From Paenibacillaceae bacterium (GTDB lineage Bacteria; Bacillota; Bacilli; Paenibacillales; CANHGK01), in assembly GCA_947460235.1 (NCBI GenBank), contig CANHGK010000004.1, positions 26,144-90,143 on the forward strand: a stretch of DNA of 64,000 nucleotides, given 5' to 3'. A program made the translations under genes and the position numbers. Positions 39,952 through 47,612 of this stretch are shown in pieces. Positions within the stretch are counted from its first letter, which is position 1, and each line of letters starts with the position of its first letter. The notes below the pieces were generated by a model. That model was not told the DNA's origin. It saw only the letters and a list, made by a program, of their open reading frames with translations, and did no database searches.

Positions 39952-42900
39952 TTAATATGGTCTACCTGATTTTATTACGCCACCGGTTACTGTGTAAATG
40001 CCAGTTGAGAACGTGTAATTTTTCGAAGCATTATTATCCCATATCGTACTTCCATTATTAAAGCATGATTCAATACCTGAAGATGTTCCTACTGAAACGG
40101 TAATAACACTATATCCTGTGTAACCAGAAGAACTCATTGAAACACCAGGAGCCATCGTCCAAACACCACCAATTGGTCGATAATGAATATAAGCTGTTGG
40201 GAATGAATTTTTATAATAGACAGTGACAACATTCGATGGTGGTTCACCTTGACTTAAGATGCCATTATTAACTGTCCATATCCCGGTTGGTATGACGTAA
40301 TTTTGATTATTGTTGTTATCCCAACGTGTGCCGTTATCCGTAAACGCAGCTTTAGCGATTCCGGAAGGTCCACTTTGAATTGTTAATACCCAATACCCAT
40401 TCCCTGCATCTGCCATTGCAACACCTGGCATTGTCGTCCATTGAGTACCATTTAATGAGTAATGAATATTTGACTGAGTCCAAGCGTTATTGCGATAGAA
40501 GATTTTCACCGTATTGCTTGGAGAAGCTGTTGGCGTAACGGTTGGAACCGGTGTGATTGATGGTACCGGTGTAACCAGCGGTGTCGGTGTAGCCGAACCT
40601 ATTGGTGTAGATGTTGGAGAAGGTGTTGCATTTACAACGAAAAATGGTGAACCTTGACTCATCACTCCGTTGTTGATCGTCCAAATCCCTACCGGCACTG
40701 TATAGTTTTTGCTTGTATTATTATCCCATCTTGTACCATTATCTGTGAACGCAGCTTTTACTAATCCATTTCCGCCTGTTTCAATGACTCCAACCCAATA
40801 TCCATTCCCCGTGTCTGTTAACTTTAATCCCGGAGAAACGGTCCATGACGTTCCATTTGTTGTGTAATGGATATTCGCAGAGGTCCATGCAGTATTTCGA
40901 TAATATACCGTTACTTCAGTACTGGATAAATTAGGTGCACCAGATTGAATGTTTCCGTTATATACGTTCCATGTCCCAGGTTGGAAAGTATAATCTTTTC
41001 CGCCATAATTATCCCAATGTGTACCATTATCCGTAAATGCACAACGAACAATACCTTGGTTCGTCGTTAAGATCGTTGCCCGCCAATATCCAATGCCATA
41101 TTCACTTAGCTTCACACCAGGTGAAGTCGTCCATTTTATTCCATCCAATGAATAATGAATGTTCGCCTGATTCCATAGTGGATTGCGATAATACACCGTG
41201 ACAACGGTTGGGGTTGCACTTGGCGTATTTGTCGGCACAATCGAAGCCGTAACAAATGGTGTCGGTGAATTATTAATTGTAGGCGTCACTTGCGGTGTTA
41301 CCATTGGTGTAGTCGTTTGTTCAGGTATCGGAGTCAGCGTTGGTACTGCCGTTGGAATTGCACTATTTGTTGGCGCCGGTGTTGCTGTCAAAATTGGCGT
41401 CGCAGTTGGTACAGGAGTTGGTGTCCATATTACATCAGGAATTCCTTGCGTTAAGACTCCATTCTTTAATGTCCAGTTTCCTTGTGTAAATGAATAGTTT
41501 TTTCCGGCATTATTGTCCCAGCTTCCAATTCCGTCCGTAAAAGCAGCTTCAGAAATACTTGTAGCTGACCCTAAGCCAATAATCGTTTTATAATAAGAGA
41601 CTGAATCAAGGTATTGCATTTTCAAACCTGGCATTGCAGTCCAACTACTTAAATTTGTTTTGAAATGAATAAACGTATTTTGTAACCCTTTGTAATAAAT
41701 CGTAACCGATGCAGCACCCAAATTCGGCACACCAGCACTTACAACTCCATTATCGATCGTCCAAATTCCTGAACTGAGACTGTAATTACGATTCCCATTA
41801 TTGTCCCAGACATTAGTCCCTGAATTAAATGCTGCTTCGATACCTGCAACACTTCCTAGTGCAATCTCAATACTAGAATAACCAGCATATTCGCTTTGGT
41901 TCATTTTCGCACCTGGTATAACTGTCCAGGAACCACCAAGCAGATGATAATGTACATATTGTGTTAAACTCGCTGACTTATAATAGATCGTAACTTTTTG
42001 ATTTACCGGACTTGGTGTAGGGTTCATTGGTGTACTTGTCACTACTGGTGTACTTGTCACTACTGGTGTACTTGTCACTACTGGTGTACTTGTCACTACT
42101 GGTGTACTTGTCACTACTGGTGTGCTTGTCACTACTGGTGTGCTTGTCACTACTGGTGTGCTCGTTGGTGTTACCGTAGGTATGAATGTAGGAACCGTAG
42201 TATTCGTAGGCATGGTTCCATAAGTAACGGGTATACTTCTATCTGATACTGTCCCCAAGAGATCACTTGCTGTAATTACATATTGATATATTAGAGCAGA
42301 ATTAGCATTATTATCTGTAAAATTTGTACTTGTTGTTCTTCCCAACTTTGCATACGACCCTGGATCTGAAGACGTAACTTCTCTTCGGTAAACCTCATAC
42401 CCATTAATTCCATCATCATCTTCAGGTACAGACCACGATAAACTAACTTGAGAATTATTCAGTTGATTTGCTATTACATTTTTCGGTGCATCGGGAACTT
42501 GATTGATAGAAACATTAAGTCCGATATTTGGATATCCACTCAACTCGACTTCAAACCATTGACCTGCATCTAGCAAAATATTCATTAATTGTTTTTGTGG
42601 TGTATAAAGTCTTGTTCCATTTCTAGTGAATACTGTAGTCATTCCATCTACGTTATATATTTGATTCGTTGATGTGTCTGTCACTTGAATTGAATTGGAT
42701 TGTATTGTGTATTTTTTACCTGTACCATAAACTAAAAACCGTTTACGAACGGTATCTAACCCGGCATGATCACCTACATCTATCGATACCGTTGCCGAAG
42801 GATTTGACAAATTCCCCGCCATATCTCTCGCTTTAAGGTAAAAAGTATTAATCTTATTCTTCGTATTTAATGTAAAGATGCTAACATCCGTTCCTGACGC

Positions 42901-45162
42901 TGTTGCAATTGGTCTAGTATCGTCTCCACCAAAAACTAAATAATCACTAACTTCTATGTTATCCGTAGATGGGGACCATGAGAACGATACCTTTTCTTCC
43001 GTTGCAGTAACCGTAACATTTGTTGGGATCGTTGGAGCAATTGAATCAGTAAGATCAACTGGAATACCTGTACTTACCAATGAGAAACGTTGTGCATTTA
43101 ATACAGTTACTCCAACAACCTCAACAGTCCACGTCCCAATTTGAGGTGCAGGGATGATTAATCTTTCCACCGTGTTATATAAGCTGTTGCTTGTATAAAC
43201 TTTTCCGCTAGGATCCGTAATTCGCAAATCAAGATTATTTATTACTGGGATATTGGACAATAAATCACTCGGCGGATCAATCCATGACATTGCTGCACGT
43301 AACGGTTTTGTAGAATCGTTAATTTGAATTTGATAAACCGCTGATTTTCCTCCAGAAATACTCCGTTGATCGGAATACATCCAATCCCCCGCAGGAATTG
43401 CTGAGTCAAGGTTTAATCTTCCCCAACCTTGTTTATCCATGCCTACGCCACTTAATACATCTGCACCATTTACGAGTGCAGCTTTGATTAATGAGGCACT
43501 TGGATTAATATTTTTAGTCTTAAAAAATTGTCGTAACAATGCAGCTGACCCACTAACCATTGGAGTAGCCATACTTGTACCTTGCATCGACGTATAATAT
43601 ATATTTGTTCCATAAATTGGACTTGATGAATGTGATGATCGTGTTGATACAACAGCGCCTGCACCAGGTGCAACCAAATCGGGTTTTACTCGCTGATCGT
43701 ATGCCGTTGGGCCTGCGGCGCTCCAAGATGCGACCATATCACTTCTAGAAACGCCATTTAGCACATTCGTCGCATTAATTGACGCTCCAACGGTTAGCAT
43801 ATTTTTTGCCATCGAAGGTTCTTCCAGATAGCAGTTGTTTCCCGCAGCACCGACATACACAAACGTATTCTTATAAGTGGCATCAGTCGGATCCCACTCT
43901 TGATGGTTATAAATAAAATTATCGACTTCTTGTGAATAAATACTATATTCATTAAACGTATAATTTGCATAATCTCTTGCTCGTATCGTCGCGTCACAAG
44001 GATCACCATATGAATAACCATATGTCCAACTATTATTACTTACTCGAGCCCCATGATCCCAAGCTTCTTGCATCGATTGATCATTCGAAGGTGATTGAAA
44101 ATCAATACCAAACAACTTTGCTCCAGGGGAAATACCTTTATATCCTGTATTATTTCCATTTGAAGCAATAATTCCGCCTACATGCGTACCATGTCCAATT
44201 TCATCCCATGTGAATGGTAATGCGCCATACGTGATCGAACCATTTAATGCATTTCCTACGTCAGGGTGCATTTGATCCAACCCAGTATCAACCAACGCAA
44301 CCAATTCTCCAGATCCGTCAATGGTAGAACTTGTTGAACTAAGTCGATTTAAAGCTACATCTGTTTTCGTAATATTTCTTGCTGTTTTCAATGCTGGAAT
44401 CGCTTTTACTTTGGCTGGTTGAATGTATACAATTTCGGGAGATGAAGCAATCGCCAAAATATTCGAACGTTCAATTTCACATTCAACGAGGGACAAATCA
44501 ATTTTTGAAATTTGTTTTGCGTTCAATAAAACTAATAATTTAGAAACAGAATCATACGATTTTTCGTCCCATAATTTTAAAGCAACCTTTACCTTAGTAG
44601 ATTGATCCACGGAAGGAATCACATGATGATTTACATCTATTAAACGTGAGTCTAATTTCATAAAATCTTCAATATTTATTAATGATAAAATGTTAACGTC
44701 CGATTGGAGTTGCGGAATAATACTTTCCGGAACTCTGATCCGATATGAATCTGTGGATAAAGGCGAACCAAATTTACCACCCAATAATTCAATCGTTTGC
44801 CTAACCGTGTCAAAAACATCCGGTTTCAATTCCAACAACAACTGAATGCTTTCGGAATCTTGAATGTTTTTCAGAACATTTTGTGTTTTATTTTTTAATT
44901 TTAGTGTTTTTGAAGGCTTAAATTCACCAAAACGAGTTTTGATCGATCGCACAATATTTTTTGGAGCTGGTTCCGTTCCAAAATACAATGGACTCGCTTC
45001 AATGACTTTGTCATTGTTTTTAGCGTTTGGAACTAATGAATTCGAAAAAACAGGAGTTGATGACGCGTAGGATGGAGATGCAAGCGCAACGGCAACAGGA
45101 AAAATCACCTGCATAATCATTAGCAACGTGCAAAAAAGGTACCAAAATTTGTTTCGAGACAT
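39952..45162 (-). CDS. secreted multidomain S8 subtilisin-like protease with Fn3-like domains and six CBM25-like modules
   Basis: ATG 45162 lies 9 nt after GAGGTG. Signal peptide. Catalytic triad contexts VALVDTGLD, GHGTHVGG, GTSMATPMVSG. Six repeats of the pattern V(T/K)(I/V)YY...(I/V)HY...W(T)..PG..M...FxxGxxxWDNNxxxNY. Confidence 0.9.
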   Translation of the reverse strand: MSRNKFWYLFCTLLMIMQVIFPVAVALASPSYASSTPVFSNSLVPNAKNNDKVIEASPLYFGTEPAPKNIVRSIKTRFGEFKPSKTLKLKNKTQNVLKNIQDSESIQLLLELKPDVFDTVRQTIELLGGKFGSPLSTDSYRIRVPESIIPQLQSDVNILSLINIEDFMKLDSRLIDVNHHVIPSVDQSTKVKVALKLWDEKSYDSVSKLLVLLNAKQISKIDLSLVECEIERSNILAIASSPEIVYIQPAKVKAIPALKTARNITKTDVALNRLSSTSSTIDGSGELVALVDTGLDQMHPDVGNALNGSITYGALPFTWDEIGHGTHVGGIIASNGNNTGYKGISPGAKLFGIDFQSPSNDQSMQEAWDHGARVSNNSWTYGYSYGDPCDATIRARDYANYTFNEYSIYSQEVDNFIYNHQEWDPTDATYKNTFVYVGAAGNNCYLEEPSMAKNMLTVGASINATNVLNGVSRSDMVASWSAAGPTAYDQRVKPDLVAPGAGAVVSTRSSHSSSPIYGTNIYYTSMQGTSMATPMVSGSAALLRQFFKTKNINPSASLIKAALVNGADVLSGVGMDKQGWGRLNLDSAIPAGDWMYSDQRSISGGKSAVYQIQINDSTKPLRAAMSWIDPPSDLLSNIPVINNLDLRITDPSGKVYTSNSLYNTVERLIIPAPQIGTWTVEVVGVTVLNAQRFSLVSTGIPVDLTDSIAPTIPTNVTVTATEEKVSFSWSPSTDNIEVSDYLVFGGDDTRPIATASGTDVSIFTLNTKNKINTFYLKARDMAGNLSNPSATVSIDVGDHAGLDTVRKRFLVYGTGKKYTIQSNSIQVTDTSTNQIYNVDGMTTVFTRNGTRLYTPQKQLMNILLDAGQWFEVELSGYPNIGLNVSINQVPDAPKNVIANQLNNSQVSLSWSVPEDDDGINGYEVYRREVTSSDPGSYAKLGRTTSTNFTDNNANSALIYQYVITASDLLGTVSDRSIPVTYGTMPTNTTVPTFIPTVTPTSTPVVTSTPVVTSTPVVTSTPVVTSTPVVTSTPVVTSTPVVTSTPMNPTPSPVNQKVTIYYKSASLTQYVHYHLLGGSWTVIPGAKMNQSEYAGYSSIEIALGSVAGIEAAFNSGTNVWDNNGNRNYSLSSGIWTIDNGVVSAGVPNLGAASVTIYYKGLQNTFIHFKTNLSSWTAMPGLKMQYLDSVSYYKTIIGLGSATSISEAAFTDGIGSWDNNAGKNYSFTQGNWTLKNGVLTQGIPDVIWTPTPVPTATPILTATPAPTNSAIPTAVPTLTPIPEQTTTPMVTPQVTPTINNSPTPFVTASIVPTNTPSATPTVVTVYYRNPLWNQANIHYSLDGIKWTTSPGVKLSEYGIGYWRATILTTNQGIVRCAFTDNGTHWDNYGGKDYTFQPGTWNVYNGNIQSGAPNLSSTEVTVYYRNTAWTSANIHYTTNGTSWTVSPGLKLTDTGNGYWVGVIETGGNGLVKAAFTDNGTRWDNNTSKNYTVPVGIWTINNGVMSQGSPFFVVNATPSPTSTPIGSATPTPLVTPVPSITPVPTVTPTASPSNTVKIFYRNNAWTQSNIHYSLNGTQWTTMPGVAMADAGNGYWVLTIQSGPSGIAKAAFTDNGTRWDNNNNQNYVIPTGIWTVNNGILSQGEPPSNVVTVYYKNSFPTAYIHYRPIGGVWTMAPGVSMSSSGYTGYSVITVSVGTSSGIESCFNNGSTIWDNNASKNYTFSTGIYTVTGGVIKSGRPY
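42032..42165. repeat. 18-bp tandem repeat, about 7.5 copies (encodes TSTPVV linker)
   Basis: gtacttgtcactactggt x5 exact, then gtgcttgtcactactggt x2, then a degenerate copy. Confidence 0.95.
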
Positions 45163-45352
45163 TAAGGGGTACACCTCACACTTTCATAAAAATCGGGGGT
45201 ATATTTATCAATCGAGTAAACAATTAAATAAAAGTAATTTCATTCAAACGTTTTCATGTTTATGTATTAGTATAAAACAAGTTTTTCGAGTTGAAAAGCC
45301 ATTGAACTGAATTGACAAAAATTCTCCTTATTCTTTTCCTGAATTTTGAACA

Positions 45353-45413
45353 AAAAAATCCGCATCCATCTGAACTGTGACCACTAAGATGGTCACAGTT
45401 CAGATGGATGCGG
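45353..45413 (-). terminator. very strong rho-independent terminator (24-bp perfect stem)
   Basis: ccgcatccatctgaactgtgacca / tggtcacagttcagatggatgcgg with a 6-nt loop, followed by T7 on the minus strand. Confidence 0.8.
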
Positions 45414-45469
45414 TAATTAGAAAACCCATTGGGGGAATTGGATAAAGGAATTTAAGTGGACAAATGAGG

Positions 45470-45670
45470 TTAAATCAAGCGGTGAGGACCAAGCGCATGA
45501 TACATTGGATGTTTAACTACCGGATATGGTGATGTTAAAGATCGAAACGATTCACTAACTTTTCCTGTTTCATCATTACTATGATCATCATCGTTATTGC
45601 CAGATCCAATTAAAGGGGTATATGCATAAAATAACGTTATCATTTCAATAGGATATTGCGGTGTATTCAT
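45470..45670 (-). CDS. small hypothetical protein (66 aa)
   Basis: ATG lies 9 nt after GGAGGA. Bounded by a promoter-like element and the strong terminator. No recognisable domain. Confidence 0.45.
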   Translation of the reverse strand: MNTPQYPIEMITLFYAYTPLIGSGNNDDDHSNDETGKVSESFRSLTSPYPVVKHPMYHALGPHRLI

Positions 45671-45704
45671 TCATTCGTTCCTCCAGTAATTTTCTTATAC
45701 GCTT

Positions 45705-45734
45705 ATTCTACACCTTGAACATGCGTTTGCGCAC
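45705..45734 (-). promoter_or_regulatory. promoter-like element GTGCGC-18-TAGAAT facing orf66
   Basis: Minus strand: ttcgGTGCGC aaacgcatgttcaaggtg TAGAAT. The -35 position is formed by the terminal repeat of array B. Confidence 0.35.
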
Positions 45735-45854
45735 CGAAGAATAACCGAAAACTTTTGATTTCGGTTATTCTTCGGTTTGATTTCGGTCACGTTACGGCAC
45801 CGAAATCAATCCACTGTGAAAACTTTTCGGTAAAAAGAACGGAATCTTCGGTGT
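45732..45854. repeat. CCGAAA/TTTCGG repeat array B (8 cores; 18-bp perfect-stem palindrome; 11-bp inverted repeat)
   Basis: accgaagaataaccgaaa-ACTTTTGA-tttcggttattcttcggt (45733-45776). ttgatttcggt-N11-accgaaatcaa (45777-45809). Further units at 45825 and 45846. Confidence 0.9.
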
Positions 45855-45879
45855 ATTTTTAGTTAGTTTGCTTTATGAT
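45851..45879 (+). promoter_or_regulatory. promoter-like element GTGTAT-17-TATGAT facing right from array B
   Basis: ttcgGTGTAT ttttagttagtttgctt TATGAT. Confidence 0.3.
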
Positions 45880-45885
45880 TTAAAT

Positions 45886-46010
45886 AGACAAAGAACAAAT
45901 CGAACTAACCAATAATCTTTCCTCACCATCAATATGCTCTTCGCATTCCCCGTATTAGCCTTCATGTTTCGAAAACGTCTGGTCTCCCCGACCAGACGTT
46001 TTCGGTTTTA
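45886..46010 (+). ncRNA. candidate short transcript (about 120 nt, C-rich) between the array B promoter-like element and a terminator
   Basis: Bounded by the element above and the hairpin 45972-46002. No ORF with an RBS. Contains ctttcctcacc and ttcccc tracts. Purely predicted. Confidence 0.25.
45972..46010. terminator. stem-loop terminator candidate (13-bp perfect stem)
   Basis: aaaacgtctggtc-tcccc-gaccagacgtttt, then cggtttta. The orientation is ambiguous. Confidence 0.5.
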
Positions 46011-46019
46011 AAATTAAAA

Positions 46020-46062
46020 AAGGTGCGACCAATTTGAGTAGCACTTCACTCGGTCACACCTT
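46020..46062 (-). terminator. possible terminator after orf70
   Basis: aaggtgcgacc...ggtcacacctt (11-bp stem with one wobble and a large loop), then a T-rich run on the minus strand. Confidence 0.4.
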
Positions 46063-46068
46063 AATGAA

Positions 46069-46281
46069 CTATTCAAAAATTGCATTGTTTTCGTTATCAT
46101 ACGGATCTCTCAATACACGCATTTTAAATGGTCCTTGAAATAACGAACTTACTCTTGCTTTGACGTCATTACGATCCATTTCATTTAAATGCAATGATGA
46201 GACGATTTCGGAATCATTTGAGTGAAATAAGAACATTCCAACATAACTTTTTTCATGAAAAATTGCTCCATTAAAGCTCAT
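46069..46281 (-). CDS. small hypothetical protein (70 aa)
   Basis: ATG lies 10 nt after AGGAGG. A promoter-like element sits upstream and a hairpin downstream. No recognisable domain. Confidence 0.5.
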   Translation of the reverse strand: MSFNGAIFHEKSYVGMFLFHSNDSEIVSSLHLNEMDRNDVKARVSSLFQGPFKMRVLRDPYDNENNAIFE

Positions 46282-46332
46282 CGATGAAAAACCTCCTGCG
46301 TGGTATCTATCGGGGAATTCCCTATATCTTAA

Positions 46333-46361
46333 ATTTTAGCAATGAAAGCGCTTTAAAACAC
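46333..46361 (-). promoter_or_regulatory. promoter-like element GTGTTT-17-TAAAAT facing orf70
   Basis: Minus strand: ttcgGTGTTT taaagcgctttcattgc TAAAAT. Confidence 0.4.
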
Positions 46362-46505
46362 CGAAAGAAAACCGAAAACTTTTGATTTCGGTTTTCTTTC
46401 GGTGTTACTGCGATTTGATTTCGGTATGATTTCGGTATTACTGCGATTTGATTTCGGTACCGAAATCAAATCTCTTCGTTAATCTTTCGGTTATTTTTCG
46501 GTGTC
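46357..46505. repeat. CCGAAA/TTTCGG repeat array C (10 cores; 21-bp perfect-stem palindrome; 20-bp direct repeat x2; 28-bp perfect palindrome)
   Basis: aacaccgaaagaaaaccgaaa-ACTTTTGA-tttcggttttctttcggtgtt (46357-46406). actgcgatttgatttcggta at 46407 and 46440. GATTTGATTTCGGTACCGAAATCAAATC at 46445-46472. Confidence 0.95.
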
Positions 46506-46529
46506 AGTTGTGATTTTACATGATAGTAT
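46501..46529 (+). promoter_or_regulatory. promoter-like element GTGTCA-17-TAGTAT (with TG at the extended -10 position) facing right from array C
   Basis: ttcgGTGTCA gttgtgattttacaTGa TAGTAT. Confidence 0.4.
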
Positions 46530-46535
46530 TAGGTT

Positions 46536-46688
46536 ATGAACAACCCCTCCATAATAAACGAAACTTCCACATACTTGCCGGAGAAACATTCGCTTCCTTC
46601 CCAAGGAAACAGTTTCACCCAACCTCTCAAACCACCTGCAATTTAGAATCGCCTGCAACCGAGCTCCCACGGTTCAGGCATTTTTTAT
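46536..46688 (+). ncRNA. candidate short transcript (about 150 nt, C-rich and G-poor), or a leaderless 36-codon ORF
   Basis: Lies between the element above and the terminator 46651-46688. Contains cccctcc, cttccttccc and cacccaacctc tracts. An ATG sits at the predicted +1 (46536) and opens 36 codons without an RBS. Purely predicted. Confidence 0.3.
46651..46688 (+). terminator. rho-independent terminator
   Basis: gcctgcaaccg-agctccca-cggttcaggc followed by T6. Confidence 0.6.
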
Positions 46689-47062
46689 TGTTTGGTTCAT
46701 TCGTAGCTCCCGTTAAGATATTTCACTAATATTTTGAAGTAATTCAACTATGAATTACACGATATGCAGATTGCTTTTACGAGTCATTTCAACATGTCAC
46801 AGTAAGCAATACAGCTCAAACAACGTCGTTAATCGGGGGCGAATGTTTTGAGTGTATTTTAGTAAAACTAACTAGCCGGTACATACGATGTTATAAATAT
46901 CATTTAGATTGAATAATATGATATTTTTAGTGTATTATAGAGCAAAATCGATTGCACACGAAAGAAGGATTTCATCTACTGTTAGCGAATGTATAAATCA
47001 AACCCTTTTCAAACAGATAGTTTTTCGTAGGGATTAATTTAAAGTGAAAGGAGCTGTTGGTT

Positions 47063-47542
47063 ATGCATCCGGATATTGAATCATTATTGAAACAAATTCA
47101 ATCAAATCAACGTAATGAATGGCGTTTGGAGATGGTAGAACCCATTCGAGGCGAGATTTCTTTGCTTGATCCATATACCGGAGAACCGCTTACACTTTCG
47201 ACAGAAATTTTGGATTTAAGTGCGGGTGGTTTGGGGATTCATACGAATGTAGCGATTGTACGTAAAAATCAATTACTACCTAACGGTCAAGATTTGACAA
47301 CATTACCGATCCCTATAGATATTTCATTTCAATGGAATGGTCAATCCATTGCATTAAAAGGATTACTTATTTGGAATATGGACATGACATCCGAAGATCA
47401 GCGATACCAATATGGCGTATCCCTTACCTTTGATACCCCTGACAAACAAATAGAGCAAGAACGATTAATGCAACATATGGTTGATACGATCCGCTCTCGT
47501 CAATTTGAATTTGAAACGTGGTTAAATCGAAAAACAATCTAA
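47063..47542 (+). CDS. PilZ domain protein (c-di-GMP receptor candidate)
   Basis: ATG 47063 lies 9 nt after AAGGAG. QRNEWR (RxxxR) and DLSAGGLGI (DxSxxG) motifs. Confidence 0.7.
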   Translation: MHPDIESLLKQIQSNQRNEWRLEMVEPIRGEISLLDPYTGEPLTLSTEILDLSAGGLGIHTNVAIVRKNQLLPNGQDLTTLPIPIDISFQWNGQSIALKGLLIWNMDMTSEDQRYQYGVSLTFDTPDKQIEQERLMQHMVDTIRSRQFEFETWLNRKTI

Positions 47543-47559
47543 ACCATCATAGGTTACAT

Positions 47560-47612
47560 AAAAAAGGCTTCCGACTTGAAGGTTTTAACCTTCCAACGGA
47601 AGCCTTTTATTT
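47560..47612. terminator. bidirectional terminator between the PilZ and Mo-oxidoreductase genes
   Basis: aaaggcttccg...cggaagccttt with an inner ttgaaggtt/aaccttccaa pairing, plus flanking A and T runs. Confidence 0.7.

Noticed and set aside
45360-45413. The 24-bp perfect inverted repeat as a MITE or IS terminal structure.
   Set aside because: It is a single hairpin with a 6-nt loop and a T7 tail in the correct position and orientation for the orf66 terminator. There are no flanking direct repeats and no second copy in the window.
46407-46472. CRISPR-like reading of the 20-bp direct repeat actgcgatttgatttcggta (two copies).
   Set aside because: There are only two copies. The intervening 13 nt is shorter than the repeat and is itself a repeat-family unit. 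The repeats are part of palindromes, and no cas genes are present in the window.
46520-46729. Track ORF 46520..46729 (69 aa) as a protein-coding gene.
   Set aside because: It has no RBS and reads straight through the plus-strand terminator hairpin at 46651-46688. The region is better explained as a short terminated transcript.
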